This document shows positions 26,675-38,219 of a stretch of 64,000 nt of DNA, piece by piece (the first letter of the stretch is position 1; every line of letters begins with the position of its first letter). Origin of the DNA: an uncultured Planctomycetota bacterium. GTDB taxonomy: Bacteria; Planctomycetota; Brocadiia; CAIUPP01. The translations under genes were made by a program, and so were the position numbers. The stretch is from the NCBI GenBank assembly GCA_903901045.1, contig CAIUPP010000109.1, positions 6,407 to 70,406 of the forward strand, written 5' to 3'. The notes below the pieces were generated by a model. That model was given only the letters and a program-made list of their open reading frames with translations, made no database searches and was not told where the DNA came from.

Positions 26675-27943
26675 CTACAACGTCTCGCGCGTGCGTTCCG
26701 CACGCGATGCGCCGTCGCCAGAGGCCGTGACCGGCAACGCGCAACTGGCGCTGATGGAGGGGACTTTCCACGCCACCAGCAGCCCGGTCAGCAGCAGCAC
26801 CACGGAGCAGAACGCGAAGGGGGGCCAGAAGGCGTTCGCGCCCGCGGCCAGGTGGCCGCCGATGAGCGGCCCGAGGAAGAAGGCCATCCCCGCCATGCAG
26901 GAGGTGGTGCCGAACGCCCGCCCGATGTGCCGTTCCGGCGTAATCTCGCGGATGATCGCGTTCGCGCTCGGCAGCATGCCCGCCATCGCCAGGCCGAACA
27001 TGATCCGCAGGATATAAAGCTGAGTGATGTTCTGCGCCAGCGGCTGCGGGAACGCCAGCACGGAGGCGCACAACGCGCTGGTCACGAGCATCCGCTTGTG
27101 CCCCCACCGGTCCGACAGCCGCCCGAAGAACCACGTCCCGAGGCAGGCGACCATTCCGGTGATCGACTCTATTTTTCCGGTGATCGGCGTGGCCTCCCGG
27201 ATGGTCGTCTGGGTCAGGTGGCGCACGAACTGCGGGAAGATCGGGTTCGGCGTGTTGTTCGCGAAATGGATCTGAAAGATCGCCAGGACCGCCACCGCGA
27301 AACCGGCCACGCCGAAAAGCTCCACATAACCGCCCGCCTTCTTCGCGGGGTCGTGCGCGATGGGGAGGAACTCCTCCTCGGCGTAAACCTTCACCAGCAT
27401 GCCGCTGATGAGCAAGAGGGTGGCCGCCACAAAGAAGGTGACGCGGAACCCCAGGTGCGCCGCGGTGTATCCTCCGGCGAACGGTCCGACGGAAATGCCC
27501 CCGAACACGGCGGCCTGCATCAGCCCGATCACCCGCCCCGTGCGCTCGCGCGGCGTTACGCTGGCCACCAGCGCCAGGCTGGCGGCGACCGTCCCGGTCA
27601 GCGCCCCCTGCAGCAGCCGCAGCACCAGCAATTGCCAGACGTTGTGCGCGCACCCCATCAGCGCGACGACCAGGGCCCCGCCGAACAGCGAGCGCATCAG
27701 CATCGGCTTGCGCCCGTACCGGTCCGACAGGATGCCCCACACCGGCGCGCAAATCGCCATGGAGAAGCCGACGGCGGACATCAAAATGCCCGACCAGCGC
27801 GCCGTGACGGCGAACTCATCCGGCAGCCCCAGGTCGGTGGTGAGGTAGTAGGGGAGGAACGGCAGGACGAACGAGAATCCCATCATCGCCAGGAACTGCG
27901 CGGCGAAGCAGGCGTGGAATGTCTTTTCCCAGGAGGGACGCAT
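26675..27943 (-). CDS. MFS transporter (MdtG/DHA1-like)
   Basis: About 12 hydrophobic segments, WGILSDRYGRKPM, LRLLQG and GRLSDRWGHK. Confidence 0.9.
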   Translation of the reverse strand: MRPSWEKTFHACFAAQFLAMMGFSFVLPFLPYYLTTDLGLPDEFAVTARWSGILMSAVGFSMAICAPVWGILSDRYGRKPMLMRSLFGGALVVALMGCAHNVWQLLVLRLLQGALTGTVAASLALVASVTPRERTGRVIGLMQAAVFGGISVGPFAGGYTAAHLGFRVTFFVAATLLLISGMLVKVYAEEEFLPIAHDPAKKAGGYVELFGVAGFAVAVLAIFQIHFANNTPNPIFPQFVRHLTQTTIREATPITGKIESITGMVACLGTWFFGRLSDRWGHKRMLVTSALCASVLAFPQPLAQNITQLYILRIMFGLAMAGMLPSANAIIREITPERHIGRAFGTTSCMAGMAFFLGPLIGGHLAAGANAFWPPFAFCSVVLLLTGLLVAWKVPSISASCALPVTASGDGASRAERTRETL

Positions 27944-28046
27944 GGAGCCTTCAATTCCAACAGGTCACCGGCGCGGCGGCACACCGCGCCTGAAACAACC
28001 AATTATAGGCGTAGAGCGGGAGCGCGGCAAATGCAGTTGACGGACT

Positions 28047-28210
28047 CAACGTTCAACGTTCGACGTCCAACGTCCAACGTTCGACGTCCAACGTCCAACG
28101 TCCAACGTCCAACGTCCAACGTCCAATGAACGACCGACAACGGAACGGCACTGCACGCGGGACGCCGTAGCCGTTAGTTGGACGTTGGACGTCGAATGTT
28201 GAACGTTGAA
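28047..28210. repeat. Heptamer array (CRACGTY)x11 with a shorter inverted array
   Basis: 28047-28123 is tandem CAACGTT/CGACGTC/CAACGTC. 28177-28210 carries the reverse-complement units. Confidence 0.9.
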
Positions 28211-28230
28211 TCCGGTTCGTTTCCTCTGAT

Positions 28231-28297
28231 TTGACCCGCCGCCCGCACATTCCTACAATGCCGTAGGATTTCCGAAACCACCCTACAGAACGGAAGA
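28231..28297 (+). promoter_or_regulatory. Sigma70-like promoter of the activator gene overlapped by a CCTAC-N6-GTAGG palindrome
   Basis: TTGACC (28231-36), 17 bp, TACAAT (28254-59). CCTACAATGCCGTAGG at 28252-28267 and a weaker copy at 28282. Confidence 0.65.
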
Positions 28298-28303
28298 TGC
28301 CCC

Positions 28304-29863
28304 ATGGCCGACAGCCGCACCGCCCCGATCAAGCGGGAAGTGAAAGAGCTGACGCTCCTGTTCGAGATCAGCCAGACGCTGGACCGCAGCCTGGACCTGC
28401 GCAGCGTTCTCCAGCCGGTGCTGGAGGCGATGGCGCGCCACATGGGGATGATGCGCGGCACTCTCACGCTGCTGAACCGCGATACGGGGGAGATTTTCAT
28501 CGAGGCCGCGCACGGGCTCTCCGAGCATGAGCGCCGGCGCGGCATTTACCGCCCCGGCGAAGGGGTCACCGGCATGGTCATCAAAAGCGGCAAGCCGGTG
28601 GTCGTGCCGCGCATCTCGAAGGAGCCGATGTTCCTCAACCGCACCGGCGCGCGCAAGGAGCTCTCCAAGGAGGAGATTTCCTTCATCTGCGTCCCGATCA
28701 AGCTGGGCAACGAGGTGTTCGGCGCGCTCAGCGCCGACCGCCTGTTTCGCGACGAGGTCTCCTGCCACGAGGATGTGCGGCTGCTCTCCATCATCGCCTC
28801 CATGATTGCGCAGGCTGTGCGGCTGCGCCAGTCGGCGATGGAGGAGCGTCAACGGTTGATGGAGGAGAATACGCGGCTCCAGGAGGAGTTGCAGAACCGT
28901 TTCCGCCCCTCCAACATCATCGGCAATTCGCGGGCGATGCAGGCGGTCTACGACCTGATCGCCAACGTCTGCCGCAGCGACACCACGGCGCTGGTCACGG
29001 GGGAGAGCGGCGTCGGCAAGGAACTGGTCGCGCACGCCATCCACTACAACAGCCACCGCGCCAGCAAGCCCTTCGTCAAAGTGAACTGCGCGGCGCTGCC
29101 GGAAACGCTCATCGAAAGCGAGCTCTTCGGCCACGAGATGGGGGCCTTCACTGGCGCGGTGCGCGAGCGCAAGGGGCGCTTCGAACTGGCCTCCGGCGGC
29201 ACGATCTTCCTCGATGAGATCGGCGATTTCTCCCCCTCCACGCAGATCAAGTTGCTGCGCGTCCTCCAGGAGCGCGAGTTCGAGCGCGTGGGAGGCTCTC
29301 GCACCATCAAGACCGATGTGCGCATCATCGCCGCCACCAACCGCGATCTGAACGCGCTCATCCAGGAGTCCAAGTTCCGCCAGGACCTGTACTACCGGCT
29401 GAACGTCTTCTCCATCCACGTCCCGCCGCTGCGCGAGCGCAAGACGGACATTCCCCTGCTGGCGGACTACTTCGTCGAGCGCTACAGCAAGCTCAACCAT
29501 AAGAAGATTCAGCGCATCAGCACTCCGGCCATCGACATGCTGATGAGCTACCACTGGCCCGGCAACGTGCGCGAACTGGAGAACTGCATGGAGCGCGCCG
29601 TGCTGCTCAGCGAGGACGAGGTGATCCACGGCCACCACCTCCCCCCGACGCTCCAGACCGCCGAGGCGACCGGCACCACCCACAACGGCACGCTGCAGGA
29701 GGAGCTGGACAAGGTGGAGCGCGAGCTGATTCTGGACGCGCTGAAGTCCTCGCGCGGCAACATGGCCAAAGCGGCGCGGCAGTTGGGCCTCACCGAGCGC
29801 GTCATGGGGCTGCGCGTCGCGCGGCATCAGGTGGATTATCGCCGTTTCCGCGCCGCGCGATAG
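28304..29863 (+). CDS. NifA-like sigma54-dependent activator (GAF-AAA+-Fis HTH)
   Basis: GAF region ([16 protein letters not shown]), Walker [31 protein letters not shown] and a C-terminal [11 protein letters not shown]. Confidence 0.92.
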   Translation: MADSRTAPIKREVKELTLLFEISQTLDRSLDLRSVLQPVLEAMARHMGMMRGTLTLLNRDTGEIFIEAAHGLSEHERRRGIYRPGEGVTGMVIKSGKPVVVPRISKEPMFLNRTGARKELSKEEISFICVPIKLGNEVFGALSADRLFRDEVSCHEDVRLLSIIASMIAQAVRLRQSAMEERQRLMEENTRLQEELQNRFRPSNIIGNSRAMQAVYDLIANVCRSDTTALVTGESGVGKELVAHAIHYNSHRASKPFVKVNCAALPETLIESELFGHEMGAFTGAVRERKGRFELASGGTIFLDEIGDFSPSTQIKLLRVLQEREFERVGGSRTIKTDVRIIAATNRDLNALIQESKFRQDLYYRLNVFSIHVPPLRERKTDIPLLADYFVERYSKLNHKKIQRISTPAIDMLMSYHWPGNVRELENCMERAVLLSEDEVIHGHHLPPTLQTAEATGTTHNGTLQEELDKVERELILDALKSSRGNMAKAARQLGLTERVMGLRVARHQVDYRRFRAAR

Positions 29864-30037
29864 CGCCGACGTGTGTGACGGCGGGCCGATCCGTACCCCG
29901 GCGTGGGTTTTCAATATAAACCATACCACCGCGTAGGAAAGCCTCAGCCTCGTTTCGTCCCTTCCTCTTCCTCCCATGCGCATTGTCGCCGCGCTGCTGC
30001 GGCAATTGAGGCAGTGCGCCGCCGCCTTCTCGTCCTT

Positions 30038-30052
30038 TGGCACGACGCTTGC
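30038..30052 (+). promoter_or_regulatory. Sigma54 (-24/-12) promoter upstream of amtB
   Basis: TGGCACGACGCTTGC matches the consensus TGGCAC-N5-TTGC. Confidence 0.85.
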
Positions 30053-30183
30053 TTACCTGCGGGGCGTGTTCAGCTATCGCCGAACGCGCTTGATTGGGAT
30101 ACACCCCGACTTCACAATGGACCGAGTGGGCTCCCGGGGTGCGGGTTCGCGCGGCTGACGTGCCCGGAAGGACAGGCGAATTC

Positions 30184-31518
<1,335 letters not shown>

Positions 31519-31523
31519 GAAAC

Positions 31524-31865
31524 ATGAAACTCATCGTCGCCATCATTCAGCCGCACCGCCTCGACGCGGTCAAAGAGGCGCTCTATGCCGCTGAGGTGAA
31601 CCTCATCACCGTATCGGAGGTGCTGGGCCACGGGCGTCAGAAGGGGGTCACGCAGATCTACCGCGGCGCCAGGGAATCCGGCAACCTCCTGCGCAAGATC
31701 CGGCTGGAGATCGCCGTCAACGAGGACTTCGTTCAGCCGACGATCGATGCGATTGTCACAGGCGCGCGCACGGGTGAAACCGGGGACGGGAAGATATTCG
31801 TTATGGACCTTGTCAACTGCGTGCGCATCCGAACTGGCGAAAGCGGCGGGGTGGCCATAGGCTGA
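31524..31865 (+). CDS. glnK: P-II nitrogen regulator (GlnK-like by linkage to amtB)
   Basis: MKLIVAIIQP, GHGRQKG, YRG and TGETGDGKIFV..VRIRTGE. Confidence 0.9.
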   Translation: MKLIVAIIQPHRLDAVKEALYAAEVNLITVSEVLGHGRQKGVTQIYRGARESGNLLRKIRLEIAVNEDFVQPTIDAIVTGARTGETGDGKIFVMDLVNCVRIRTGESGGVAIG

Positions 31866-31990
31866 AACTACCTCCGCGTGGGAAAGATGGGGAAAAACCT
31901 ACGCGTGGGTAGGAAATGCGGCTTGCGAGACAACACCCCGTACGAGCGTAACCATAGTTGCAATATGATGTTACGCGTTTCCGATGGTTT

Positions 31991-32005
31991 CGGCACGCCG
32001 TTTGT
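31991..32005 (+). promoter_or_regulatory. Probable sigma54 promoter upstream of glnA
   Basis: CGGCACGCCGTTTGT resembles TGGCAC-N5-TTGC, with paired palindromes about 80-125 bp upstream. Confidence 0.55.
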
Positions 32006-32091
32006 TATAGAAATCCAGACGGTCCAGGCGCGTAGCTTGGGCCTGCCGCGGGCGGCTGGGCCGCCGCGGCGCTTTATTTGGGAGAATGGTG

Positions 32092-33504
32092 ATGAACGCC
32101 AAAGAGTTTCTGGCCTACTTCAAGAAGAGCAAGGCGGAGATGCTGGACCTCAAGTTTGTCGACCTGCTCGGCACCTGGCAGCACTGCTCCTATCCGATCG
32201 ACGTGGTGGATGAGAAGATGTTCACCGAAGGGGTCGGCTTCGACGGCTCCTCGATTCGCGGCTGGCAGGGGATTCATATCTCCGACATGCTTGCCATCCC
32301 CGACCCCTCCACCGGCTGCATGGACCCCTTCTTCGCGCAGCCGACGGTCAGCATCATCGCCGACATCTACGATCCGGTGACGCACAAGAAGTACTCGCGC
32401 GACCCGCGCCACGTCGCCATGAAGGCGGAGGCGCACCTGAAGAAGACCGGTCTGGCGGACACCTGCTTCATCGGGCCGGAGCTGGAGTTCTTCATCTTCG
32501 ACGAAGTCCGCTTCGAGCAGAACCAGCATACCGGGATGTACCAGATCGACTCCGTCGAGGGGGCCTGGAACAGCGGACGCTTCGAGGAGCCGAACCTGGG
32601 ATACAAACCGAGCTTCAAGGGAGGCTACTTCCCCGTCAGCCCCACCGACACCTACCACGACCTGCGCGGCGAGATGGTCGCCGAGATGCGCAAGGTGGGC
32701 ATCATCGTCGAAGCGCACCACCATGAAGTGGCGACCGCGGGGCAGAGCGAAATCGACATGAAGTACCGCAACCTCCTGCGCATGGGGGACCAGGTGATGT
32801 GGTTCAAGTACATTTGCAAGAACGTCGCCAAGCGCCACGGTAAGACGGTGACCTTCATGCCCAAGCCGATTTTCGAGGACAACGGCAGCGGCATGCACAC
32901 GCACCTGTCGCTCTGGAAGGACGGCAAGCCGCTCTTCGCCGGAAAGAAGTACGCCGGGCTGAGCGACATGGCGTTGCACGCCATCGCCGGCATCCTGAAG
33001 CACGCGCCGGCCATCCTGGCGCTGGCCGCGCCGACCACCAACTCGTACCGCCGCCTCGTGCCCGGCTTCGAGGCGCCCGTCAACCTCTGCATGTCCGCGC
33101 GCAACCGCTCGGCCTCCGTGCGCATCCCCATGTACAGCGCCAATCCGAAGGCCAAGCGCCTGGAATTCCGCTGCCCCGACCCGAGCTGCAATCCATACCT
33201 CACCTTCCCGGCGATCCTCATGGCCGCCCTGGACGGCATCGAAAAGAAGATGGACCCGGGCAAGCCGCTGGACCGCGATATCTACGAGATGACCGTCGCG
33301 GAACTGACCGGCACGCCCAAGACCCCCGGCTCGCTCGAAGAGGCCATCGGGGCGCTCGAAAAGGATCACGACTTCCTGCTCAAGGGGGGCGTTTTCACCC
33401 CGGACGTGATCGAGGCCTGGGGCAGTTGGAAGAAGAGCCGGGAACTCGATCCGATGCACATGCGTCCGCACCCGTACGAGTTCCACCTGTACTACGACAG
33501 CTAA
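32092..33504 (+). CDS. glnA: Glutamine synthetase type I
   Basis: [49 protein letters not shown] and EFRCPDP, plus an adenylylation-site-like DIYEM. Confidence 0.97.
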   Translation: MNAKEFLAYFKKSKAEMLDLKFVDLLGTWQHCSYPIDVVDEKMFTEGVGFDGSSIRGWQGIHISDMLAIPDPSTGCMDPFFAQPTVSIIADIYDPVTHKKYSRDPRHVAMKAEAHLKKTGLADTCFIGPELEFFIFDEVRFEQNQHTGMYQIDSVEGAWNSGRFEEPNLGYKPSFKGGYFPVSPTDTYHDLRGEMVAEMRKVGIIVEAHHHEVATAGQSEIDMKYRNLLRMGDQVMWFKYICKNVAKRHGKTVTFMPKPIFEDNGSGMHTHLSLWKDGKPLFAGKKYAGLSDMALHAIAGILKHAPAILALAAPTTNSYRRLVPGFEAPVNLCMSARNRSASVRIPMYSANPKAKRLEFRCPDPSCNPYLTFPAILMAALDGIEKKMDPGKPLDRDIYEMTVAELTGTPKTPGSLEEAIGALEKDHDFLLKGGVFTPDVIEAWGSWKKSRELDPMHMRPHPYEFHLYYDS

Positions 33505-33638
33505 GAAGCATAGAATCAGCGAACTGATGGACGCAAGCGCGCTCCGTCGCAGTGGACAAGGCAGTCTTCTCCTCTGCGGCGGGGCTTGCGTGAGCGTCCT
33601 CCTTGTCAGCACATCCTGGAGTTTCGATAGGACAGGCC

Positions 33639-36600
33639 ATGCCAGAGGAACCTGACCAGCGGCGATGCGATCGGTCCGGCCGGCCGTTGCCGACGGGGCT
33701 GTATCATCCCGCTCAGGATCACGACAGTTGCGGCGTCGGCTTCGTCGCCTATCTGGAGGGGAAGCCGCGCCACAGCATCGTCGAGCAGGGGGTGCGCGTC
33801 CTCATGAACCTGGAGCACCGCGGCGCGCTCGGGGGCGACAAGTCCACCGGCGACGGCGCGGGTCTGCTCATCCAGATTCCCGACGACTTCCTCCGCCGCG
33901 AGTGCAAAGGGGCGCGCATCCAGCTTCCGGCCATGGGGGAATACGCCGTCGGCATGGTCTTTCTGCCCACCGACGCCGCGCTGGCGTCGGCGTGCGTCGA
34001 GGCGGTCGAGCGCGCGGCGCGTGCGGAAGGGGTGGAACTGCTGGGCTGGCGCAAAGTGCCGGTGGACGCGCGCACGCTCGGGGAGCTCGCCCGCTCCACT
34101 CAGCCGGAGATCAGGCAGTTGTTCCTCGGTCGCGGGAGCATTCCCGCCGAGGCGTTCGAGCGCAAACTTTACCTCCTCCGCCGCGCGGCCGAGAAGACGG
34201 TTGGCGCGCTGCATGCGGACGCCAGCCAGTTCCACATCCCCAGCCTTTCCAGCCGCACCCTCGCGTACAAGGGGATGCTCACCGCCACCCAGCTTCCGGA
34301 GTTCTATCCGGACCTGCGCGACCCGGCGCTGGCCAGCGCTTTCGCCATCGTGCATCAGCGATACAGCACCAACACGTTTCCGATGTGGCGGCTGGCGCAG
34401 CCCTTCCGCATGCTTGCGCACAACGGCGAGATCAACACCCTGCGCGGCAACATCAACCGCATGCGCGCGCGCGAGCCGCTGCTGGCCTCTCCGCTCTTCG
34501 GCCCGGACCTTGAGAAGCTCAAGCCGATCCTCCAGGAGGAGGGAAGCGACTCCGCCATTCTGGACAACCTGCTGGAACTGCTTGTCGCGGGGGGGCGCAG
34601 CCTGCCGCACGCCATGATGATGCTCGTCCCCGAGGCGTGGGGGGGGAAGTACATGATGGCCGAGGACAAGCGCGCCTTTTACGAGTACCATGCCGCCATC
34701 ATGGAGCCGTGGGACGGCCCGGCGGCCCTCGTGTTCACCGACGGCCGCTACATCGGCGCGACGCTCGACCGCAACGGCCTGCGCCCCGCGCGCTACACCG
34801 TCACCCGCGACGGCCTGGTGGTCATGGCCAGCGAGACCGGGGTGCTGGACATTCCCGGCGACAAGATCCTCAGCCGGGGACGCCTTCAGCCCGGGCGCAT
34901 GTTCCTGGTGGACCTGGAGCAGCACCGCATCATCCCCGACAGCGAAATCAAGGCCAAAGTCTCGCGCCAGCGCCCGTACCGTCACTGGGTCAAGGACAAC
35001 CGGATCGAACTGCGCGGCCTGCTGGCCCCCAGCCACATCCCCTCCGAGGACCCGGAGGTGCTGCTGCGCAAGCAGCACGCCTTCGGCTATACGGAAGAGG
35101 AACTGAAGATGGTCATCGCCCCCATGGCCATCCGCGGCCAGGAGGCCATCGGCTCCATGGGGAACGATGCGGCGCTGGCGGTCCTCTCCGAGCGCCCTCA
35201 GATCCTCTTCAATTACTTCAAGCAACTTTTCGCGCAGGTGACCAATCCGCCCATCGACCCGCTGCGCGAGGAGCTGGTGATGTCCCTCATGAGCTTCGTC
35301 GGCCGCGAGCGCAACCTGCTGGTCGAGACCCCCGAGCATTGCCGGCAGCTCAAGCTGCACCATCCCATCCTCACCCCGGAGGACATGCTGCGGCTGCGCA
35401 GCACCCGCCGGCCCGAGGTGGTCGCGCGCGACCTGGATATGCTCTTCCCTGCGAACGGCGGGGGCAAGGAGTTGGGCGAGGCGCTCGAGGAAATGTTCGA
35501 GCGCGCCGAGAAGCAGATCGCCGAAGGCGCCACGCTCCTGGTGCTGACCGACCACCACATGGATGAGCGGCACGCGGCGATCCCCGCGCTGCTGGCGGTC
35601 TCCGGCCTGCACCACCACCTCATCCGCAAAGGGCTGCGCACCTCCGCGGGCATCATCGTCGAGACCGGCGAAGCGCGCGAGGTCATCCACTTCGCCATGC
35701 TCCTGGCCTTCGGCGCCAACGCCATCTGCCCGCACGTCGCCTTCTCCACCGTCCGCGAGCTGACGGAGATGGGGATGATCGAGACGGCCGCCACGCACGA
35801 CGACGCGATGGACGCCTACATCACCGCCGTCAAGAAGGGGCTGCTCAAGACCTTCAGCCGCATGGGCATCTCCACCATCCGCAGCTTCGTCGGCTCGCAG
35901 ATTTTCGAGGCGGTCGGCCTCGGGCCGGAACTGATCGAGAAGTACTTCAGCACCACCGTGAGCCGCATCGGCGGCATCGGGCTGGAGGAGATCGCCGGCG
36001 AAGTGCGCGCCCGCCACGCCAGGGGCTTCCCCCCCTCGGGCCGGCCCGCGCGCCTGCTCGACGTGGGCGGAACCTATCACGCGCGCCAGGGCGGAGAGAA
36101 GCACCTCTGGTCCCCCGACGCCATCGGCATGCTGCAGCAATCCGTGCGCATGAACGACGAGCGCCTCTTCAAGGACTACGTGCGGCTGATGAACGACCAG
36201 TCGCGCGCGCACGTCACGCTGCGCAGCCTTTTCCAGTTCAGGGCGCGCAGCCCCGTGCCGCTCGACCAGGTCGAGTCCGTGGAGAAGATTCTCCCGCGAT
36301 TCGCCTCCGCCGCCATGTCCTTCGGCTCGATCAGCAAGGAGGCGCACGAGGCCATTGCGATCGCCATGAACCGCTGCGGCGCGCGAAGCAACAGCGGGGA
36401 AGGCGGGGAGGACCCCGCGCGGTACGTTCGCCTGCCCAACGGCGACAACCTCTGCTCGCGCGTCAAGCAGGTGGCCTCGGGGCGTTTCGGCGTCACCACC
36501 GACTACCTCATCCACGCCGACGAATTGCAGATCAAAATCTCGCAGGGGGCGAAGCCCGGCGAGGGAGGGCAGCTCCCCGGCGACAAGGTCAGCGCGGAAA

Positions 36601-38219
36601 TCGCCCGCGTCCGCCACACGACCCCCGGCGTCACCCTCATCAGCCCGCCGCCGCATCACGATATTTACTCCATCGAGGACATCGCCCAACTCATTTACGA
36701 CCTGAAGTCCGCCAACCCGAAGGCCCGCATCAGCGTCAAGCTCGTCAGCGAGGTGGGGGTGGGGACGGTCGCCGCGGGGGTCGCCAAGGCCAAGGCGGAC
36801 ATGGTGCTTATCGCCGGGCACGACGGCGGCACGGGGGCCTCGCCGCTGACGGCGATCAAGCACACCGGTCTTCCCTGGGAGCTCGGGGTGGCCGAGGCGC
36901 AGCAGACGCTCATCGCCAACCGCCTGCGCGAGCGCATCCGCCTTCAGACCGACGGCCAGCTTCGCACCGGGCGCGACCTGGCCATCGCCGCGCTCATGGG
37001 GGCCGAGGAGTTCGGCTTCGGCACTCCGCTGCTGGTCACGCTGGGCTGCGTCATGCTGCGCAAGTGCCACATGAACAGCTGCTCGGTGGGGGTCGGCACT
37101 CAGGACCCGGCGTTGCGCGCGCGCTTCGCCGGCAAGCCGGAATACGTCGAGCGCTTCCTGCGATTCGTGGCGCAGGACTTCCGCGAGCAGATGGCCGCGC
37201 TGGGCTTCCGCAGCGTGGATGAGATGGTCGGCCACGTCGAGGTGATCGATCCCACCCCGGCGCAGGCGCATGCCAAGACGCGCCACCTGGACTTCACCGC
37301 GCTGCTGAAACCGGCCGAGCCGCTGAACGGCGGCGCGCGCCGCTGCGTCCGTGCGCAGGAGCATGAAGTGGGGCGCTCGATGAACGCCGAACTGCTCCGC
37401 CTGGCCGAGCCCGCCCTGGAACGGCGCGAGCCGGTGGAAGTGAACCTGCCGATCCACAACGTGGACCGCACCGTCGGGGCGACCCTCAGCGGCGAAATCA
37501 TCCGGCGCTTCGGCAGCCGCGGGCTGCCGGTCGATACGGTGAAACTGAACTTCAAGGGCTCCGCCGGCCAGAGCCTTGGCGCTTTCCTCGCGCCGGGGAT
37601 CACGATCCGCGTCGAAGGGGACGCGAACGACTACCTGGCCAAAGGGCTCTCGGGCGGGCGCATCATCCTGGTCCCGCCGGCCGAGGCCGCCTTCGTCGCG
37701 CATGAGAACGTCATCGTCGGCAACGTCGTCCTGTACGGCGCGACCGGCGGCGAAGTGTTCATCGCGGGGGTGGCGGGGGAGCGCTTCGCCATCCGCAACA
37801 GCGGCGCATCGGCCGTCGTCGAGGGCGTCGGCGATCACGGTTGCGAGTATATGACCGGCGGCGTGGTGGTCGTGCTCGGCCCGACCGGTTACAACTTCGC
37901 CGCGGGGATGAGCGGGGGCATCGCGTACGTCTACAACGAGGCCGGTTTCTTCGACACCCGCGCCAACCTGGACATGGTGGACCTGGAGAGCGTCTGGTCC
38001 GAGCAGGACCGCGCGCGTCTGCGCGGACTCATCGAGGAGCACCAGCGCGCCACCGGCAGCCTGCGCGCGCGCAACATTCTGGAGAACTGGGACGCCAGCC
38101 TCCCGCTCTTCGTGAAGGTGATGCCCATCGACTACCGCAAGTCGCTCGAACGCATGAAGATGGGGGAGGACCGCGACAAGGAAACCGTCTCGGCCACCGA
38201 GGAGGTGTATCATGGGTAG
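33639..38219 (+). CDS. gltB: Glutamate synthase large subunit
   Basis: HDSCGVGF, HQRYSTNT, HNGEINT, EPWDGPA, QGAKPGEGGQLPG, CVMLRKCH and the C-terminal GXGXG domain. Confidence 0.97.
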   Translation: MPEEPDQRRCDRSGRPLPTGLYHPAQDHDSCGVGFVAYLEGKPRHSIVEQGVRVLMNLEHRGALGGDKSTGDGAGLLIQIPDDFLRRECKGARIQLPAMGEYAVGMVFLPTDAALASACVEAVERAARAEGVELLGWRKVPVDARTLGELARSTQPEIRQLFLGRGSIPAEAFERKLYLLRRAAEKTVGALHADASQFHIPSLSSRTLAYKGMLTATQLPEFYPDLRDPALASAFAIVHQRYSTNTFPMWRLAQPFRMLAHNGEINTLRGNINRMRAREPLLASPLFGPDLEKLKPILQEEGSDSAILDNLLELLVAGGRSLPHAMMMLVPEAWGGKYMMAEDKRAFYEYHAAIMEPWDGPAALVFTDGRYIGATLDRNGLRPARYTVTRDGLVVMASETGVLDIPGDKILSRGRLQPGRMFLVDLEQHRIIPDSEIKAKVSRQRPYRHWVKDNRIELRGLLAPSHIPSEDPEVLLRKQHAFGYTEEELKMVIAPMAIRGQEAIGSMGNDAALAVLSERPQILFNYFKQLFAQVTNPPIDPLREELVMSLMSFVGRERNLLVETPEHCRQLKLHHPILTPEDMLRLRSTRRPEVVARDLDMLFPANGGGKELGEALEEMFERAEKQIAEGATLLVLTDHHMDERHAAIPALLAVSGLHHHLIRKGLRTSAGIIVETGEAREVIHFAMLLAFGANAICPHVAFSTVRELTEMGMIETAATHDDAMDAYITAVKKGLLKTFSRMGISTIRSFVGSQIFEAVGLGPELIEKYFSTTVSRIGGIGLEEIAGEVRARHARGFPPSGRPARLLDVGGTYHARQGGEKHLWSPDAIGMLQQSVRMNDERLFKDYVRLMNDQSRAHVTLRSLFQFRARSPVPLDQVESVEKILPRFASAAMSFGSISKEAHEAIAIAMNRCGARSNSGEGGEDPARYVRLPNGDNLCSRVKQVASGRFGVTTDYLIHADELQIKISQGAKPGEGGQLPGDKVSAEIARVRHTTPGVTLISPPPHHDIYSIEDIAQLIYDLKSANPKARISVKLVSEVGVGTVAAGVAKAKADMVLIAGHDGGTGASPLTAIKHTGLPWELGVAEAQQTLIANRLRERIRLQTDGQLRTGRDLAIAALMGAEEFGFGTPLLVTLGCVMLRKCHMNSCSVGVGTQDPALRARFAGKPEYVERFLRFVAQDFREQMAALGFRSVDEMVGHVEVIDPTPAQAHAKTRHLDFTALLKPAEPLNGGARRCVRAQEHEVGRSMNAELLRLAEPALERREPVEVNLPIHNVDRTVGATLSGEIIRRFGSRGLPVDTVKLNFKGSAGQSLGAFLAPGITIRVEGDANDYLAKGLSGGRIILVPPAEAAFVAHENVIVGNVVLYGATGGEVFIAGVAGERFAIRNSGASAVVEGVGDHGCEYMTGGVVVVLGPTGYNFAAGMSGGIAYVYNEAGFFDTRANLDMVDLESVWSEQDRARLRGLIEEHQRATGSLRARNILENWDASLPLFVKVMPIDYRKSLERMKMGEDRDKETVSATEEVYHG

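Noticed and set aside
28304-29863. nifA indicating nitrogen fixation
   Set aside because: No nif genes are in the window and I noticed no TGT-N10-ACA sites at these promoters. The context is ammonium assimilation.
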